A stretch of DNA of 64,000 bases from an uncultured virus (IMG/VR IMGVR_UViG_3300042869_000764) (Duplodnaviria > Heunggongvirae > Uroviricota > Caudoviricetes), in the IMG/VR virus record IMGVR_UViG_3300042869_000764; one strand, given 5' to 3'. The notes under the pieces are model-generated. The model was not told the DNA's origin. It was given only the letters and a program-made list of their open reading frames with translations, and did no database searches. Positions 18,038-26,987 of this stretch are shown in pieces. Position 1 is the first letter of the stretch. Every line of letters begins with the position of its first letter. The position numbers were made by a program, and so were the translations under genes.

Positions 18038-18423
18038 ACATTCGACAAGACGTTAGACCTAACAAAATGATTTGGGTTACCTTTCAGAAAGAAGGTATGC
18101 ACAAATATCCAGCTGCACTTACAGACCCAGCACTTGCTACAGGTGATGAATATGATGTAAGTTTTCTAGGTTATCCGCATCGTCACATCTTTCACTTCAA
18201 AGTTTGGATTGGCGTTACACACGATGATCGTGATATTGAGTTTATTCAGTTTAAACGATGGTTGCTAAATCTCTACAAAGATGCTACACTAAGTTTAGAT
18301 TATAAGAGTTGTGAAATGATGTCAGGCGACTTATATGACGTCATTAGCAAAAAGTATCCAGGTCGCGAGATTTGGATTGAGGTCTCCGAAGACGGAGAAA
18401 ATGGTTCATTCATCAAATACTAA
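18034..18423 (+). CDS. T-fold QueD paralogue (DpdL-like)
   Basis: HKY...LGYPHRHIF...IEF...SCE...VSEDGENG; LxxxHRHxF instead of QueD CxxxHGH. Confidence 0.65.
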   Translation: MNIRQDVRPNKMIWVTFQKEGMHKYPAALTDPALATGDEYDVSFLGYPHRHIFHFKVWIGVTHDDRDIEFIQFKRWLLNLYKDATLSLDYKSCEMMSGDLYDVISKKYPGREIWIEVSEDGENGSFIKY

Positions 18424-18434
18424 AAGGAACATCG

Positions 18435-18659
18435 ATGAAAAACTACAAGGACTACAGGTACTTTGAAAATCGTCCTGACGTTGTAAAGGTGTGGGAGGAC
18501 CTCGAGGCCTACCACGATTGGTGCAGATTTCAACTCTGCGATTTTAATCCTGCAGATCTCTATCGCAGGGATAGTCAAAACTATGGATCCTATCTTGCCA
18601 GCAAACGGCCAAGACGTCCATATCAAGGCAACAGACCACACTTTCAAAAAAGAGGTTAA
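18435..18659 (+). CDS. Hypothetical protein
   Basis: SD AAGGA, ORF in operon. Confidence 0.65.
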   Translation: MKNYKDYRYFENRPDVVKVWEDLEAYHDWCRFQLCDFNPADLYRRDSQNYGSYLASKRPRRPYQGNRPHFQKRG

Positions 18660-18662
18660 TTA

Positions 18663-19727
18663 ATGGCACGAGTTTTTCTCATTGATCTTGAAGCAGTAGA
18701 GACTAGATATACGGGTCAGTGGAAAACTCACGTGCCGGCAATCCTTAAAAAAGCAGGGCACCATGTCAACATTATATCAGGTCCTACGGACATTCCTAGT
18801 GCTACCACTCCTGGAGCATTTCTCAACTTTGGCGGCACGAATATCTACAAGGCTAGTCAAATTGAACAAATGGGTAGGTTATTTTGTAACGGATCCATTC
18901 ATCCCGGCGATCACTTTATCTTTACTGATGCTTGGCATCCTGGTATCATAAATTTAAAGTATATGAGTGAGCTACTGGGAATTCCAGTAACTACACATGG
19001 TCTTTGGCATGCTGGCTCATATGATCCGCAAGACTTCTTAGGACGCCTTGTAGGAAATAAACCCTGGGTTAGAAATGCTGAACAAAGTTTCTATCATGCG
19101 TTTGATCACAACTACTTTGCTACACAGTTTCATATTGACATGTTTTGTGAAAATTTGTTAGGATTTACTCCAGCAAAAAAACTATATGATACTAAGATTG
19201 TGCGCACAGGTTGGCCTATGGAGTATATGGAGGACACGTTAACAATGTATAAAAACATGACTAAACGTGATCTTATCTTGTTCCCGCATCGTATCGCTCC
19301 AGAGAAACAGGTTGAAATCTTTCGTGACTTGAAAGAACACTTACCGCAATATGAATTTGTCGTCTGTCAAGATCAACAACTAACAAAAAACGAATATCAT
19401 AATTTGCTAGGCGAAGCCAAATTGGTGTTTAGTGCAAACCTGCAAGAAACCCTAGGCATCAGTTGGTATGAAGGTGCTATTGTAGGTGCCATTCCTATGG
19501 TTCCTGATAGACTCAGCTATAGTGAAATGGCTTTAGATACATTTAAGTATCCTAGCAAATGGACTGAGAGCTACGATGCATATACTGTATATCGTCCAGA
19601 TATTTGTAGAGAAATAATCCAGCATATGGATAATTACGAAACTCGACTGCCTAGCCTAAATAAACAGGTAGCTATACTACAAGAAAACTTTTTTAGTTGT
19701 AATAAACTATTAGAGATGTTAAAATAA
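18663..19727 (+). CDS. GT-B (GT4-like) glycosyltransferase
   Basis: FPHRIAPEKQ and ETLGISWYEG...P donor-binding motifs. Confidence 0.8.
   Translation: MARVFLIDLEAVETRYTGQWKTHVPAILKKAGHHVNIISGPTDIPSATTPGAFLNFGGTNIYKASQIEQMGRLFCNGSIHPGDHFIFTDAWHPGIINLKYMSELLGIPVTTHGLWHAGSYDPQDFLGRLVGNKPWVRNAEQSFYHAFDHNYFATQFHIDMFCENLLGFTPAKKLYDTKIVRTGWPMEYMEDTLTMYKNMTKRDLILFPHRIAPEKQVEIFRDLKEHLPQYEFVVCQDQQLTKNEYHNLLGEAKLVFSANLQETLGISWYEGAIVGAIPMVPDRLSYSEMALDTFKYPSKWTESYDAYTVYRPDICREIIQHMDNYETRLPSLNKQVAILQENFFSCNKLLEMLK
19697..19725 (+). promoter_or_regulatory. Extended -10 sigma70 promoter for folE
   Basis: TTGTAA-17 bp-TAAAAT with TGn. Confidence 0.55.
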
Positions 19728-19734
19728 CTATTAT

Positions 19735-19760
19735 ATGACATCCACGTCATTAACTCGGAG
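19735..19760 (+). promoter_or_regulatory. Compact structured folE leader (hairpin/pseudoknot candidate)
   Basis: ATGAC-atccac-GTCAT-taactc-GGAG; loop TCC complementary to SD GGA. Confidence 0.4.
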
Positions 19761-19766
19761 AATAAA

Positions 19767-20513
19767 TTGACAAATAAAACAGAAACAGGCCTGGACGCAA
19801 TGGCAGGCGATGGCGGATATAAAGAAGCATATCTAGGTGATCACATTCGTTTTAAGATGAAACGTGAAGGCAAGCGTTTCTGGGCCGGTGACAACATCAG
19901 TGATTATCTGCATGACGGCGACTTAGAAAAATTAATTGACGAAGCAACTCCTGCATTTGAACAAGTGCTAGACAGTTTGCTTATTGATCGTGAAAATGAT
20001 CCCAACAGTAAAGGCACAGCACGTAGACTTGCTAAAATGTATTTTAATGAAATCATGTCAGGTAGATACGACCCTGCTCCAGATGCAACAGCGTTTCCGA
20101 ATGATAGTGAGGATAGATATGAAGGAATGTTGGTTGTTAGAAGTGAATTGCGTAGTATGTGTAGTCATCATCACCAGCCTGTATCTGGGGTGGCTTATAT
20201 TGGTATCATTGCTGCCAACAAACTTATTGGCCTTAGCAAGTATACTCGTATTGCTCAGTGGTGCGCTAGGCGTGGCACTCTCCAGGAAGAACTCTGCAAT
20301 GATATTGCAAGAGAAATAAGTCGAGCTACAGATAGTGAAAACATCGGAGTATACATACAAGCCACTCACGGTTGCTGTGAGAATCGTGGCATTATGGCGC
20401 ATTCGAGTCTAACACAGACCACTGTACTCAAAGGTGCATTTAAAGATGATCCAGGAACAAAGAAAGAATTCTTTGACAATATTAAAATGCAGCAAGAATT
20501 TTCGCCACGATGA
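19767..20513 (+). CDS. folE: GTP cyclohydrolase I
   Basis: TARRLAKMY, SMCSHH, GLSK, QEEL, HGC...RG; TTG start with SD GGAG. Confidence 0.93.
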   Translation: MTNKTETGLDAMAGDGGYKEAYLGDHIRFKMKREGKRFWAGDNISDYLHDGDLEKLIDEATPAFEQVLDSLLIDRENDPNSKGTARRLAKMYFNEIMSGRYDPAPDATAFPNDSEDRYEGMLVVRSELRSMCSHHHQPVSGVAYIGIIAANKLIGLSKYTRIAQWCARRGTLQEELCNDIAREISRATDSENIGVYIQATHGCCENRGIMAHSSLTQTTVLKGAFKDDPGTKKEFFDNIKMQQEFSPR

Positions 20514-20623
20514 GATACATTACTAACAAGTTTGATAGCGTTCGCTTACCAGTTGAAGCGGGCTTGTTAGAGTGGTTGCAGGTGCAATACCCTGCATCAA
20601 AATACTTTATTAAGGAAATATAA
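20510..20623 (+). CDS. Small hypothetical protein (37 aa)
   Basis: ATGA and TAATG couplings. Confidence 0.55.
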   Translation: MRYITNKFDSVRLPVEAGLLEWLQVQYPASKYFIKEI

Positions 20624-20796
20624 TGGATAAATTTTTTATATGGGTTGGCCGTAACAGAAAAGAAATTAGCCTTACAATCGGCGGACTAAACTTACTATCT
20701 GGATTGAGTGCGTTAGTTAACGGTAACTACGGACTTGCTATTGTAGGATTTACAATTGGCGGTGCTCTTATTCTTGATGCTTACAAGGGAATTTAA
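20623..20796 (+). CDS. Small membrane protein (57 aa)
   Basis: SD AAGGA; two hydrophobic segments. Confidence 0.6.
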   Translation: MDKFFIWVGRNRKEISLTIGGLNLLSGLSALVNGNYGLAIVGFTIGGALILDAYKGI

Positions 20797-21282
20797 ATGA
20801 GTCAAGTATATGTAATCAAACCACTGGAAAAGAAAAGCATTGTCTACCATGTAGAAATGTATCGTAAGAATCCAGATGATAGCATCAGTTGGTTTAACAT
20901 TGACGAAACCTATCGTTGGGGACAAGGCTTTGTTGAAGGTGATTTAGATTGCAATCTTCCCTGGGAAGGTGATCCTGTTGCCTATGCTCGAACCGATTGT
21001 GGTTGGGGTTGTGAGTTTGACGACAGTGTCAGTGTTGAGTGGGAATTCAGTGATGACATTAGCGAATTAGAGCAACAAGAACTCAAAGAACTCTACTACG
21101 AAGGTGGTGCAGGTTGGCTCTATGACGGCGAACATGATTGGTCAGAAGAAGATTGTGCAGTGCATATCATTGCACCGTATCAAGTTGACCTGTGTGATGA
21201 AATAACAGGTGACGTTATTGAAGAGAATGTAAAATTAAAAACTCGACCAGAGCCAAGTAAAGCGTGGCCCTTCCCAACTTAA
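20797..21282 (+). CDS. Acidic hypothetical protein
   Basis: ORF with SD; C-terminal AWPFPT. Confidence 0.7.
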   Translation: MSQVYVIKPLEKKSIVYHVEMYRKNPDDSISWFNIDETYRWGQGFVEGDLDCNLPWEGDPVAYARTDCGWGCEFDDSVSVEWEFSDDISELEQQELKELYYEGGAGWLYDGEHDWSEEDCAVHIIAPYQVDLCDEITGDVIEENVKLKTRPEPSKAWPFPT

Positions 21283-21290
21283 GGAATATT

Positions 21291-21485
21291 ATGCAAATAA
21301 GAGTTAAAGAAAATGCAGAAGAATTTGGTAAATGCGGATGCGGCCGAAGCCCGACTGGTAAATGCTGTGGATGGCATGGACTTTCAGAAGAAATGTATCA
21401 ACATCAAAAAATGTTGTGGATGGAAGATCAACTGCGTCAAGATGCCGAAACAGAGAACAAGAATATAGTTCGGGGACAGCAATGA
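21291..21485 (+). CDS. CDGSH-like Fe-S/zinc-finger small protein
   Basis: [15 protein letters not shown] resembles the CxCxxS...CDGSH motif. Confidence 0.55.
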   Translation: MQIRVKENAEEFGKCGCGRSPTGKCCGWHGLSEEMYQHQKMLWMEDQLRQDAETENKNIVRGQQ

Positions 21486-21700
21486 ACACAGCCAAAGATC
21501 TTACAGATAATTTAATACACAGAATGAAGCATCTACAAGAGTTTGTTGTAGAACGAGATTGGAATCTTATCCCCGCTGGTGTGATAAAGTTTAATATTCA
21601 GCACACTGTCGGAGAACCTGCTAGAATCTTTGTTCATGCAATGACCCGAGAAGAAGCAGAACGTCAAGTTGATGAATGGTTTGACGAGGATGTAGAATGA
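21482..21700 (+). CDS. Hypothetical protein
   Basis: ATGA coupling, start MNTAKD. Confidence 0.65.
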   Translation: MNTAKDLTDNLIHRMKHLQEFVVERDWNLIPAGVIKFNIQHTVGEPARIFVHAMTREEAERQVDEWFDEDVE

Positions 21701-22116
21701 TTAAACCTCTACGTGACGATCTAATGGTGCAACAACAAGTTGACAATGCTTGGCAGCATTTTGTTGGGGTAATTATGTTAAATCAAACTGGTCGCAAAGC
21801 TGTGAAGACCACTCTGCCAGAATTTCTATATTGGTTTCCTACAGCACTGGCATTGCTACAAGCAGACGAAGAGTTTGTCAAAAGCATAATCCAACCACTC
21901 GGAATGGTTAATGTTCGTTATACTCGATTGATTAGAATGAGTCAAGACTATTTGACTTGGGACGGAAATGATGCTACAATGTTATATGGCATTGGAAAAT
22001 ACGGCAGCGACAGCTATGAGATTTTTTACAAGAACAATTATAGTGTATCGCCCACAGATAAAGAACTGATAAGATATCTCAAGGAAGAAGTTAATAATGT
22101 TTTTGAAACTGCTTGA
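21697..22116 (+). CDS. Minimal HhH-GPD DNA glycosylase, MBD4-like
   Basis: IMLNQT, IIQPLGM, LYGIGKYGSDSYEIF, PTDKEL. Confidence 0.75.
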   Translation: MIKPLRDDLMVQQQVDNAWQHFVGVIMLNQTGRKAVKTTLPEFLYWFPTALALLQADEEFVKSIIQPLGMVNVRYTRLIRMSQDYLTWDGNDATMLYGIGKYGSDSYEIFYKNNYSVSPTDKELIRYLKEEVNNVFETA

Positions 22117-22564
22117 ACGACTGGGCCGCAAGCGTATCATTTATGATCGTGTTAATAACGAACCGTATCTCGAACGGTATTATCTCTTCTTGAAAGAAAG
22201 AGATCGTTTTCCATTCAACGTATTTTTACATAAATTCCTCAAAGGTGATCCTGACGATGTTCATGATCATCCGTGGCCCTATGCTACACTGATACTAAAA
22301 GGTGGATACTATGAATATACTCCTAATTTCGAAAATGGCCAAATGATTGGAGAGACCAAGCATTGGCGGGGTCCTGGTCACTTCCGTATTTGTGGTTCTA
22401 ATAGCTATCATCGCATCGAACTTCAACCTGGAATAACTGCTTGGACCCTATTCATGCCTGGCCCGCATAAACGTGAATGGGGATTTTTAGTCAACAACAA
22501 ATGGATACAACACGAACAATATCTCAAGGATAGAAATGAACAAACTCAAAATCAACCAGCATGA
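22097..22564 (+). CDS. Cupin-fold protein
   Basis: HDHPW...GGYYE...HRIEL...WTLF metal-binding pattern. Confidence 0.65.
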   Translation: MFLKLLERLGRKRIIYDRVNNEPYLERYYLFLKERDRFPFNVFLHKFLKGDPDDVHDHPWPYATLILKGGYYEYTPNFENGQMIGETKHWRGPGHFRICGSNSYHRIELQPGITAWTLFMPGPHKREWGFLVNNKWIQHEQYLKDRNEQTQNQPA

Positions 22565-23075
22565 AGTAACCGGACTAGTCGGCAAGATTTGTAGAGAGCT
22601 TGCTATAGGAACGTGGAGGCCCGATTATATTGTAGGAATTACTCGAGGGGGATTGATTCCTGCTGTTATGATCAGTCAATATTTTAATATTCCGTTACAT
22701 ACTCTCAATGTAAGTCTACGAGATAGTGAGATTGGTCCGGAGAGTAATTTATGGATGGCTGAAGATGCTCTAGGACCGTTGTCCAAGGATCGTGCAGTTG
22801 ATAGCGATACTGCTTTTAAAAACATTTTAATTGTAGATGATATCAACGATCAAGGCACCACACTTAACTGGATCATGAAAGATTGGCCAAGTGGTTGCTT
22901 TCCAGATGATCCAGCCTGGGAAGAAGTGTGGAATAACAATGTTAAATTTGCTGTGTTAGTAGATAATCTCGCCAGCAAGTGCAATGTTAAGATGGATTTC
23001 GTTGGCATGGAAGTTAACAAGGCAGAGAAGGATGTATGGATTGATTTTCCTTGGGAAGATTGGTGGACAAAATGA
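22536..23075 (+). CDS. Type I purine phosphoribosyltransferase (Gpt-like)
   Basis: GITRGGLIPA, ILIVDDINDQGTT PRPP loop, WIDFPWE. Confidence 0.85.
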   Translation: MNKLKINQHEVTGLVGKICRELAIGTWRPDYIVGITRGGLIPAVMISQYFNIPLHTLNVSLRDSEIGPESNLWMAEDALGPLSKDRAVDSDTAFKNILIVDDINDQGTTLNWIMKDWPSGCFPDDPAWEEVWNNNVKFAVLVDNLASKCNVKMDFVGMEVNKAEKDVWIDFPWEDWWTK

Positions 23076-23299
23076 TCGATTCTAAGATTAAAGTTCATTG
23101 CACTGACGCAGGTAAAGATTTTGATATGCATGTTCTAGGTTATAAGCCCAAGGCATTTTTAGATGTTGCATTTCAAACTCTTAAACTACGATTAGTTTAT
23201 ATGGAACGCACTAAAGCATTTGCAGGCAGTCTAGGCGGCCGTGAGTTTGTTGTACGAGAAGATGACCTACCTACAGAAAGAAAGGAATATAAACGATGA
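23072..23299 (+). CDS. Hypothetical protein
   Basis: ATGA coupling. Confidence 0.65.
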   Translation: MIDSKIKVHCTDAGKDFDMHVLGYKPKAFLDVAFQTLKLRLVYMERTKAFAGSLGGREFVVREDDLPTERKEYKR

Positions 23300-23673
23300 A
23301 CTTACATTATTCGTTAGACGATGCACGTGATGCAGGGCAGGCACCATGGAACGATGTTGTACAAGACGACTTTCATGTGGTTGTTTTTAAAGACAAGTAT
23401 CCTGTAACAGACGGTCACTTGTTGTTTGTGCCTAAATATTCAGCTGTGGGAGTTATTGAAGATTGTTTTGCTGATGCTCTGAGAGTAGGGCAGGCAAAGG
23501 TTAAAAATGGTGAGTGGGATGGATTCAATATTGGCCTTAATTGGGGCGAAGCTGCTGGACAGACTGTGCCGTATCCACATGTTCATTTGATTCCTCGACG
23601 CAAAGGTGACATGGAAGACCCCACAGGCGGTGTCAGACATGTTATTCCAGAAAAAGGTAATTATAAAAAATGA
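23296..23673 (+). CDS. HIT-family nucleotide hydrolase
   Basis: GHLLFVPK, GFNIG.N.GEAAGQTV, YPHVHLIPR. Confidence 0.88.
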   Translation: MNLHYSLDDARDAGQAPWNDVVQDDFHVVVFKDKYPVTDGHLLFVPKYSAVGVIEDCFADALRVGQAKVKNGEWDGFNIGLNWGEAAGQTVPYPHVHLIPRRKGDMEDPTGGVRHVIPEKGNYKK

Positions 23674-23683
23674 GTGAGATATT

Positions 23684-23890
23684 GTGTCTGATCTAAAAAC
23701 AATTTTAGTTCCTTGGAAAAAAGAACAAACTGGATTTTGGTGGAATGAAACCTGTGCCATGGTGTTGGAACACTTTGGCTTGCCAGGCGATCGATACACT
23801 AGTCATCCAGAAACAGATCAAATGACATTTAAATTTTATCACGAACATGATGCCATGCTGTGCAAAATATTGTTAAGCGACAGAATATGA
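23684..23890 (+). CDS. Hypothetical protein
   Basis: GTG start, coupled to next gene. Confidence 0.55.
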   Translation: MSDLKTILVPWKKEQTGFWWNETCAMVLEHFGLPGDRYTSHPETDQMTFKFYHEHDAMLCKILLSDRI

Positions 23891-24069
23891 AGAAATACAT
23901 CATTGGGTTTGTTGTTGCCTGTGTGCTTTGGATTCTCTTTCTTTCTCAAGTAGACGTGCCAGAATATAAGGTATACGATTGCAGTATATCCGAATGGCAT
24001 CCTGATGTTCCTAATGAAGTAAAACAAGAATGTCGTAAGCGTAGATCACAACCAGGAATGATAACATGA
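23887..24069 (+). CDS. Small membrane-anchored protein
   Basis: N-terminal TM helix, YDC...EWHPD...C. Confidence 0.6.
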   Translation: MKKYIIGFVVACVLWILFLSQVDVPEYKVYDCSISEWHPDVPNEVKQECRKRRSQPGMIT

Positions 24070-24230
24070 CTCGATGGACAGTTACTCTTGAAGAAGATCC
24101 CGATACTGGTGATCTCATTATGCCAATACCACAGGAAGTATTGGATCTGCAAGGTTGGGGCGAAGGCGACACATTAGAATGGCTAGATCAGGGCAATGGC
24201 TCTTGGCAATTACAAAAAAAGAGTGTATAA
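24066..24230 (+). CDS. AbrB/MazE-like small protein (54 aa, not in ORF track)
   Basis: GDLIMPIPQEVLDLQGWGEGDTLEW swapped-hairpin pattern. Confidence 0.6.
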   Translation: MTRWTVTLEEDPDTGDLIMPIPQEVLDLQGWGEGDTLEWLDQGNGSWQLQKKSV

Positions 24231-24231
24231 T
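24203..24231 (+). promoter_or_regulatory. Sigma70 promoter for queE (leaderless)
   Basis: TTGGCA-17 bp-TATAAT; ATG 5 nt after -10. Confidence 0.6.
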
Positions 24232-24236
24232 AAACT

Positions 24237-25091
24237 ATGAGCAAAATAAAAATAGCAGAACTTTTTTACAGCATACAAGGCGAAGGCCGATATATGGGTG
24301 TCCCTAGTGTGTTCTTACGCACGTTTGGATGTAACTTTACTTGTGACGGCTTTGGTATGTCACGTGGTGAACAAAGCAAGGAGCGTGATTTTATTGCGGC
24401 CGATATTAAGAAGTTTTTTAAATATCAAGACTTACCATTAGTAAGCACAGGTTGTGATAGCTATGCCAGCTGGGATCCTAGATTCAAAGATCTTTCGCCC
24501 ATGCTAACAACTGATGCGATTGCAGAACGCATCATGGAAATATTACCTTACAAGCGTTGGGAAGATGAACACTTGGTTATCACTGGCGGTGAACCGTTGT
24601 TAGGTTGGCAACGTGCTTATCCGGATCTGTTGAATCATCTGAGTATGACAGGTCTTAAAGAAATTACTTTTGAAACCAACGGTACTCAAAAGCTAACTCC
24701 GGAGTTTAAAAAATATCTACAAGAATGGGCACAGAATCCTCCTTTTGCCAGTAGAGAAGTTACATTCTCGGTCAGTGCCAAACTCAGTTGTTCAGGAGAA
24801 CAGCCTAGTGAAGCTATACGCCCAGACATAGTCTGTGAATATCAAGAAGCTGGTCATGTATATCTCAAATTAGTAGTGGCCACTGAAGGTGATGCAGAAG
24901 AAGCTCTAGAAGCTGTGGATATCTATCGTGCAGAAGGTTTCACTGGTAATGTTTATCTCATGCCTGTGGGCGGGGTTGAAAGTGTATACACACTAAATAA
25001 CCGCAGAGTAGCAGAACTGGCAATGAAACATGGACTGAGATATTCAGACAGATTGCAGGTGCCATTGTTTAAAAATGAATGGGGAACATGA
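24237..25091 (+). CDS. queE: 7-carboxy-7-deazaguanine synthase (radical SAM)
   Basis: ELFYSIQGEG, FLRTFGCNFTC...CDS, TGGEP, ETNG, LMP, RLQV. Confidence 0.88.
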   Translation: MSKIKIAELFYSIQGEGRYMGVPSVFLRTFGCNFTCDGFGMSRGEQSKERDFIAADIKKFFKYQDLPLVSTGCDSYASWDPRFKDLSPMLTTDAIAERIMEILPYKRWEDEHLVITGGEPLLGWQRAYPDLLNHLSMTGLKEITFETNGTQKLTPEFKKYLQEWAQNPPFASREVTFSVSAKLSCSGEQPSEAIRPDIVCEYQEAGHVYLKLVVATEGDAEEALEAVDIYRAEGFTGNVYLMPVGGVESVYTLNNRRVAELAMKHGLRYSDRLQVPLFKNEWGT

Positions 25092-25531
25092 TGAATAAAT
25101 GGATTGAAAAATTATTTGGTATTGACAAGATCAGAGCAGAAGCAGAACGATCAATAGGCATTGCAGCACAAGCCTCTGAAACAGCCAAAGCAGCCACTGA
25201 AGCTGCCGAACGTGCTACAGAAGCAGAGGCACAGGCCAAATTATCTCCAAAAGAACGTGCAACACGTAAAAAAGAACCGTGGGTAGGCGTAATCGAAACA
25301 CATGTCAACAAAGATAATGTTCGTAATGGCTTTTTTGAGCTTGACTGGAACGACCTTTTTGTGTTAAAATTAAAGCAAGAGGGATATGGTGAGGACGGAG
25401 ACAAAGACGAAGAAATTATAGATCGTTGGTTCCGTGAACTGTGTGCCAATGTAGTAGTCGATGGCGATTTCGGCGGTCCTGTAAACACAGGCGTAATTGA
25501 TATTAAAACAGTGAAGAAAGATAATCTATGA
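25088..25531 (+). CDS. Hypothetical protein
   Basis: Coupled ORF; Ala/Glu-rich coil then EPWV...FELDWN. Confidence 0.7.
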   Translation: MMNKWIEKLFGIDKIRAEAERSIGIAAQASETAKAATEAAERATEAEAQAKLSPKERATRKKEPWVGVIETHVNKDNVRNGFFELDWNDLFVLKLKQEGYGEDGDKDEEIIDRWFRELCANVVVDGDFGGPVNTGVIDIKTVKKDNL

Positions 25532-26514
25532 ATTATATCTTAGTTGATACAGCAAACACATTCTTTCGTGCTCGTCACGTTATCAACGGTGACGCTGATA
25601 TCAAACTAGGCATGGCATTTCACATCACATTAAACAGTATTCGCAAAGCATGGCAGCAGTTCGAAGGTAGTCATGTTATCTTCTGTTTAGAGGGTAGATC
25701 GTGGCGCAAGGACTACTATGCTCCTTACAAGCGTAATCGTTCAGATGCTCGTGCCGCACACACAGAAAAAGAACAAGAAGAAGACAAAATCTTCTGGGAA
25801 GCATTTGACACGTTCAAAGAATTTATTGCAGAAAAGACTAACTGCACTGTTTTGCAAAATCCGCAACTAGAAGCTGATGATTTAATTGCAGGGTGGATAC
25901 AAACACATCCAAATGACAAACATGTGATCATCAGCACAGACACAGACTTCGTTCAATTGATTGCACCCAATGTCACACAATACAATGGTGTTATGGAACA
26001 TGTTATCACTGACAAAGGAATATTTGATGACAAAGGCAAACCTATCATTGACAAAAAAACACAAGAGCCTAAGCCTGCACCTAACCCAGAATGGCTGTTG
26101 TTCGAAAAATGCATGCGTGGTGATACCAGTGATAATGTCTTCTCAGCGTATCCAGGTGTGCGTACTAAAGGCACAAGCAAAAAAGTGGGTCTTAGTGAAG
26201 CGTTCGAAGATCGTAAAAGCAAAGGATTTGCGTGGAACAATCTCATGTTACAGAGATGGTCCGATCACGAAGGCAAAGAACATAGAGTCTTAGAAGATTA
26301 TGAACGCAATCGTCGACTGATTGATCTAAGTCATCAGCCAGATAACATCAAAGAAATAATTACAAATACCATTTCTACTGCAACCGCCGAACAAAAGAAT
26401 GTGAGTCAAGTAGGTATAAGATTGATCAAGTTCTGTAATTTGTGGGACTTGAAAAAGATTGCTGATCAGGCACAGAGTTATGCAGAACCACTTAATGCGA
26501 GGTATACACAATGA
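25528..26514 (+). CDS. rnh: 5'-3' exonuclease / RNase H (T4 rnh-like)
   Basis: LVDTAN, EADD, STDTDF, GDTSDN. Confidence 0.88.
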   Translation: MNYILVDTANTFFRARHVINGDADIKLGMAFHITLNSIRKAWQQFEGSHVIFCLEGRSWRKDYYAPYKRNRSDARAAHTEKEQEEDKIFWEAFDTFKEFIAEKTNCTVLQNPQLEADDLIAGWIQTHPNDKHVIISTDTDFVQLIAPNVTQYNGVMEHVITDKGIFDDKGKPIIDKKTQEPKPAPNPEWLLFEKCMRGDTSDNVFSAYPGVRTKGTSKKVGLSEAFEDRKSKGFAWNNLMLQRWSDHEGKEHRVLEDYERNRRLIDLSHQPDNIKEIITNTISTATAEQKNVSQVGIRLIKFCNLWDLKKIADQAQSYAEPLNARYTQ

Positions 26515-26987
26515 CAGATATACATGCTAAACCTATCATAGCAAATAAATTTTGGATCGTAGAGGAGAACGGTGAGAAGATTGCCACTCTGAGAAAAGAC
26601 GACGACAATAGATTTTTTATGAGCAACGAGTCGGGTGTGAAAATTTACGAAACCAAAGACAGTCTAACTCGTCAGTTTGGTAAAAAGTTTTTCACAGTAA
26701 AAATTGTCAAGGAAGCCGACACAGCTCTACCTAATGAGGTTCATGGATACTCCACCAGTGCCGAACCTCACAATGCCATGTTTGATATTCGTAAGAAACT
26801 GCCGCTATTCACCAAGAGCAGCGATTCCAAGAGTCTATACTGTGCAGGTTACTACTGTATAAAATTTGACAAAGGATGGGTTAAAAGTTTTTGTCCAAAA
26901 AAAATCACACTGGAACGATATCCATATAAAGGTCCGTTCAAAACAGAATTAGAAATGAAACAGGTATTGGCTAATGTTGCAAAATAA
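26511..26987 (+). CDS. Hypothetical protein
   Basis: Coupled ORF. Confidence 0.7.
   Translation: MTDIHAKPIIANKFWIVEENGEKIATLRKDDDNRFFMSNESGVKIYETKDSLTRQFGKKFFTVKIVKEADTALPNEVHGYSTSAEPHNAMFDIRKKLPLFTKSSDSKSLYCAGYYCIKFDKGWVKSFCPKKITLERYPYKGPFKTELEMKQVLANVAK

Noticed and set aside
18034..18423. Canonical QueD
   Set aside because: The catalytic CxxxHGH motif is replaced by LxxxHRH; kept as a paralogue
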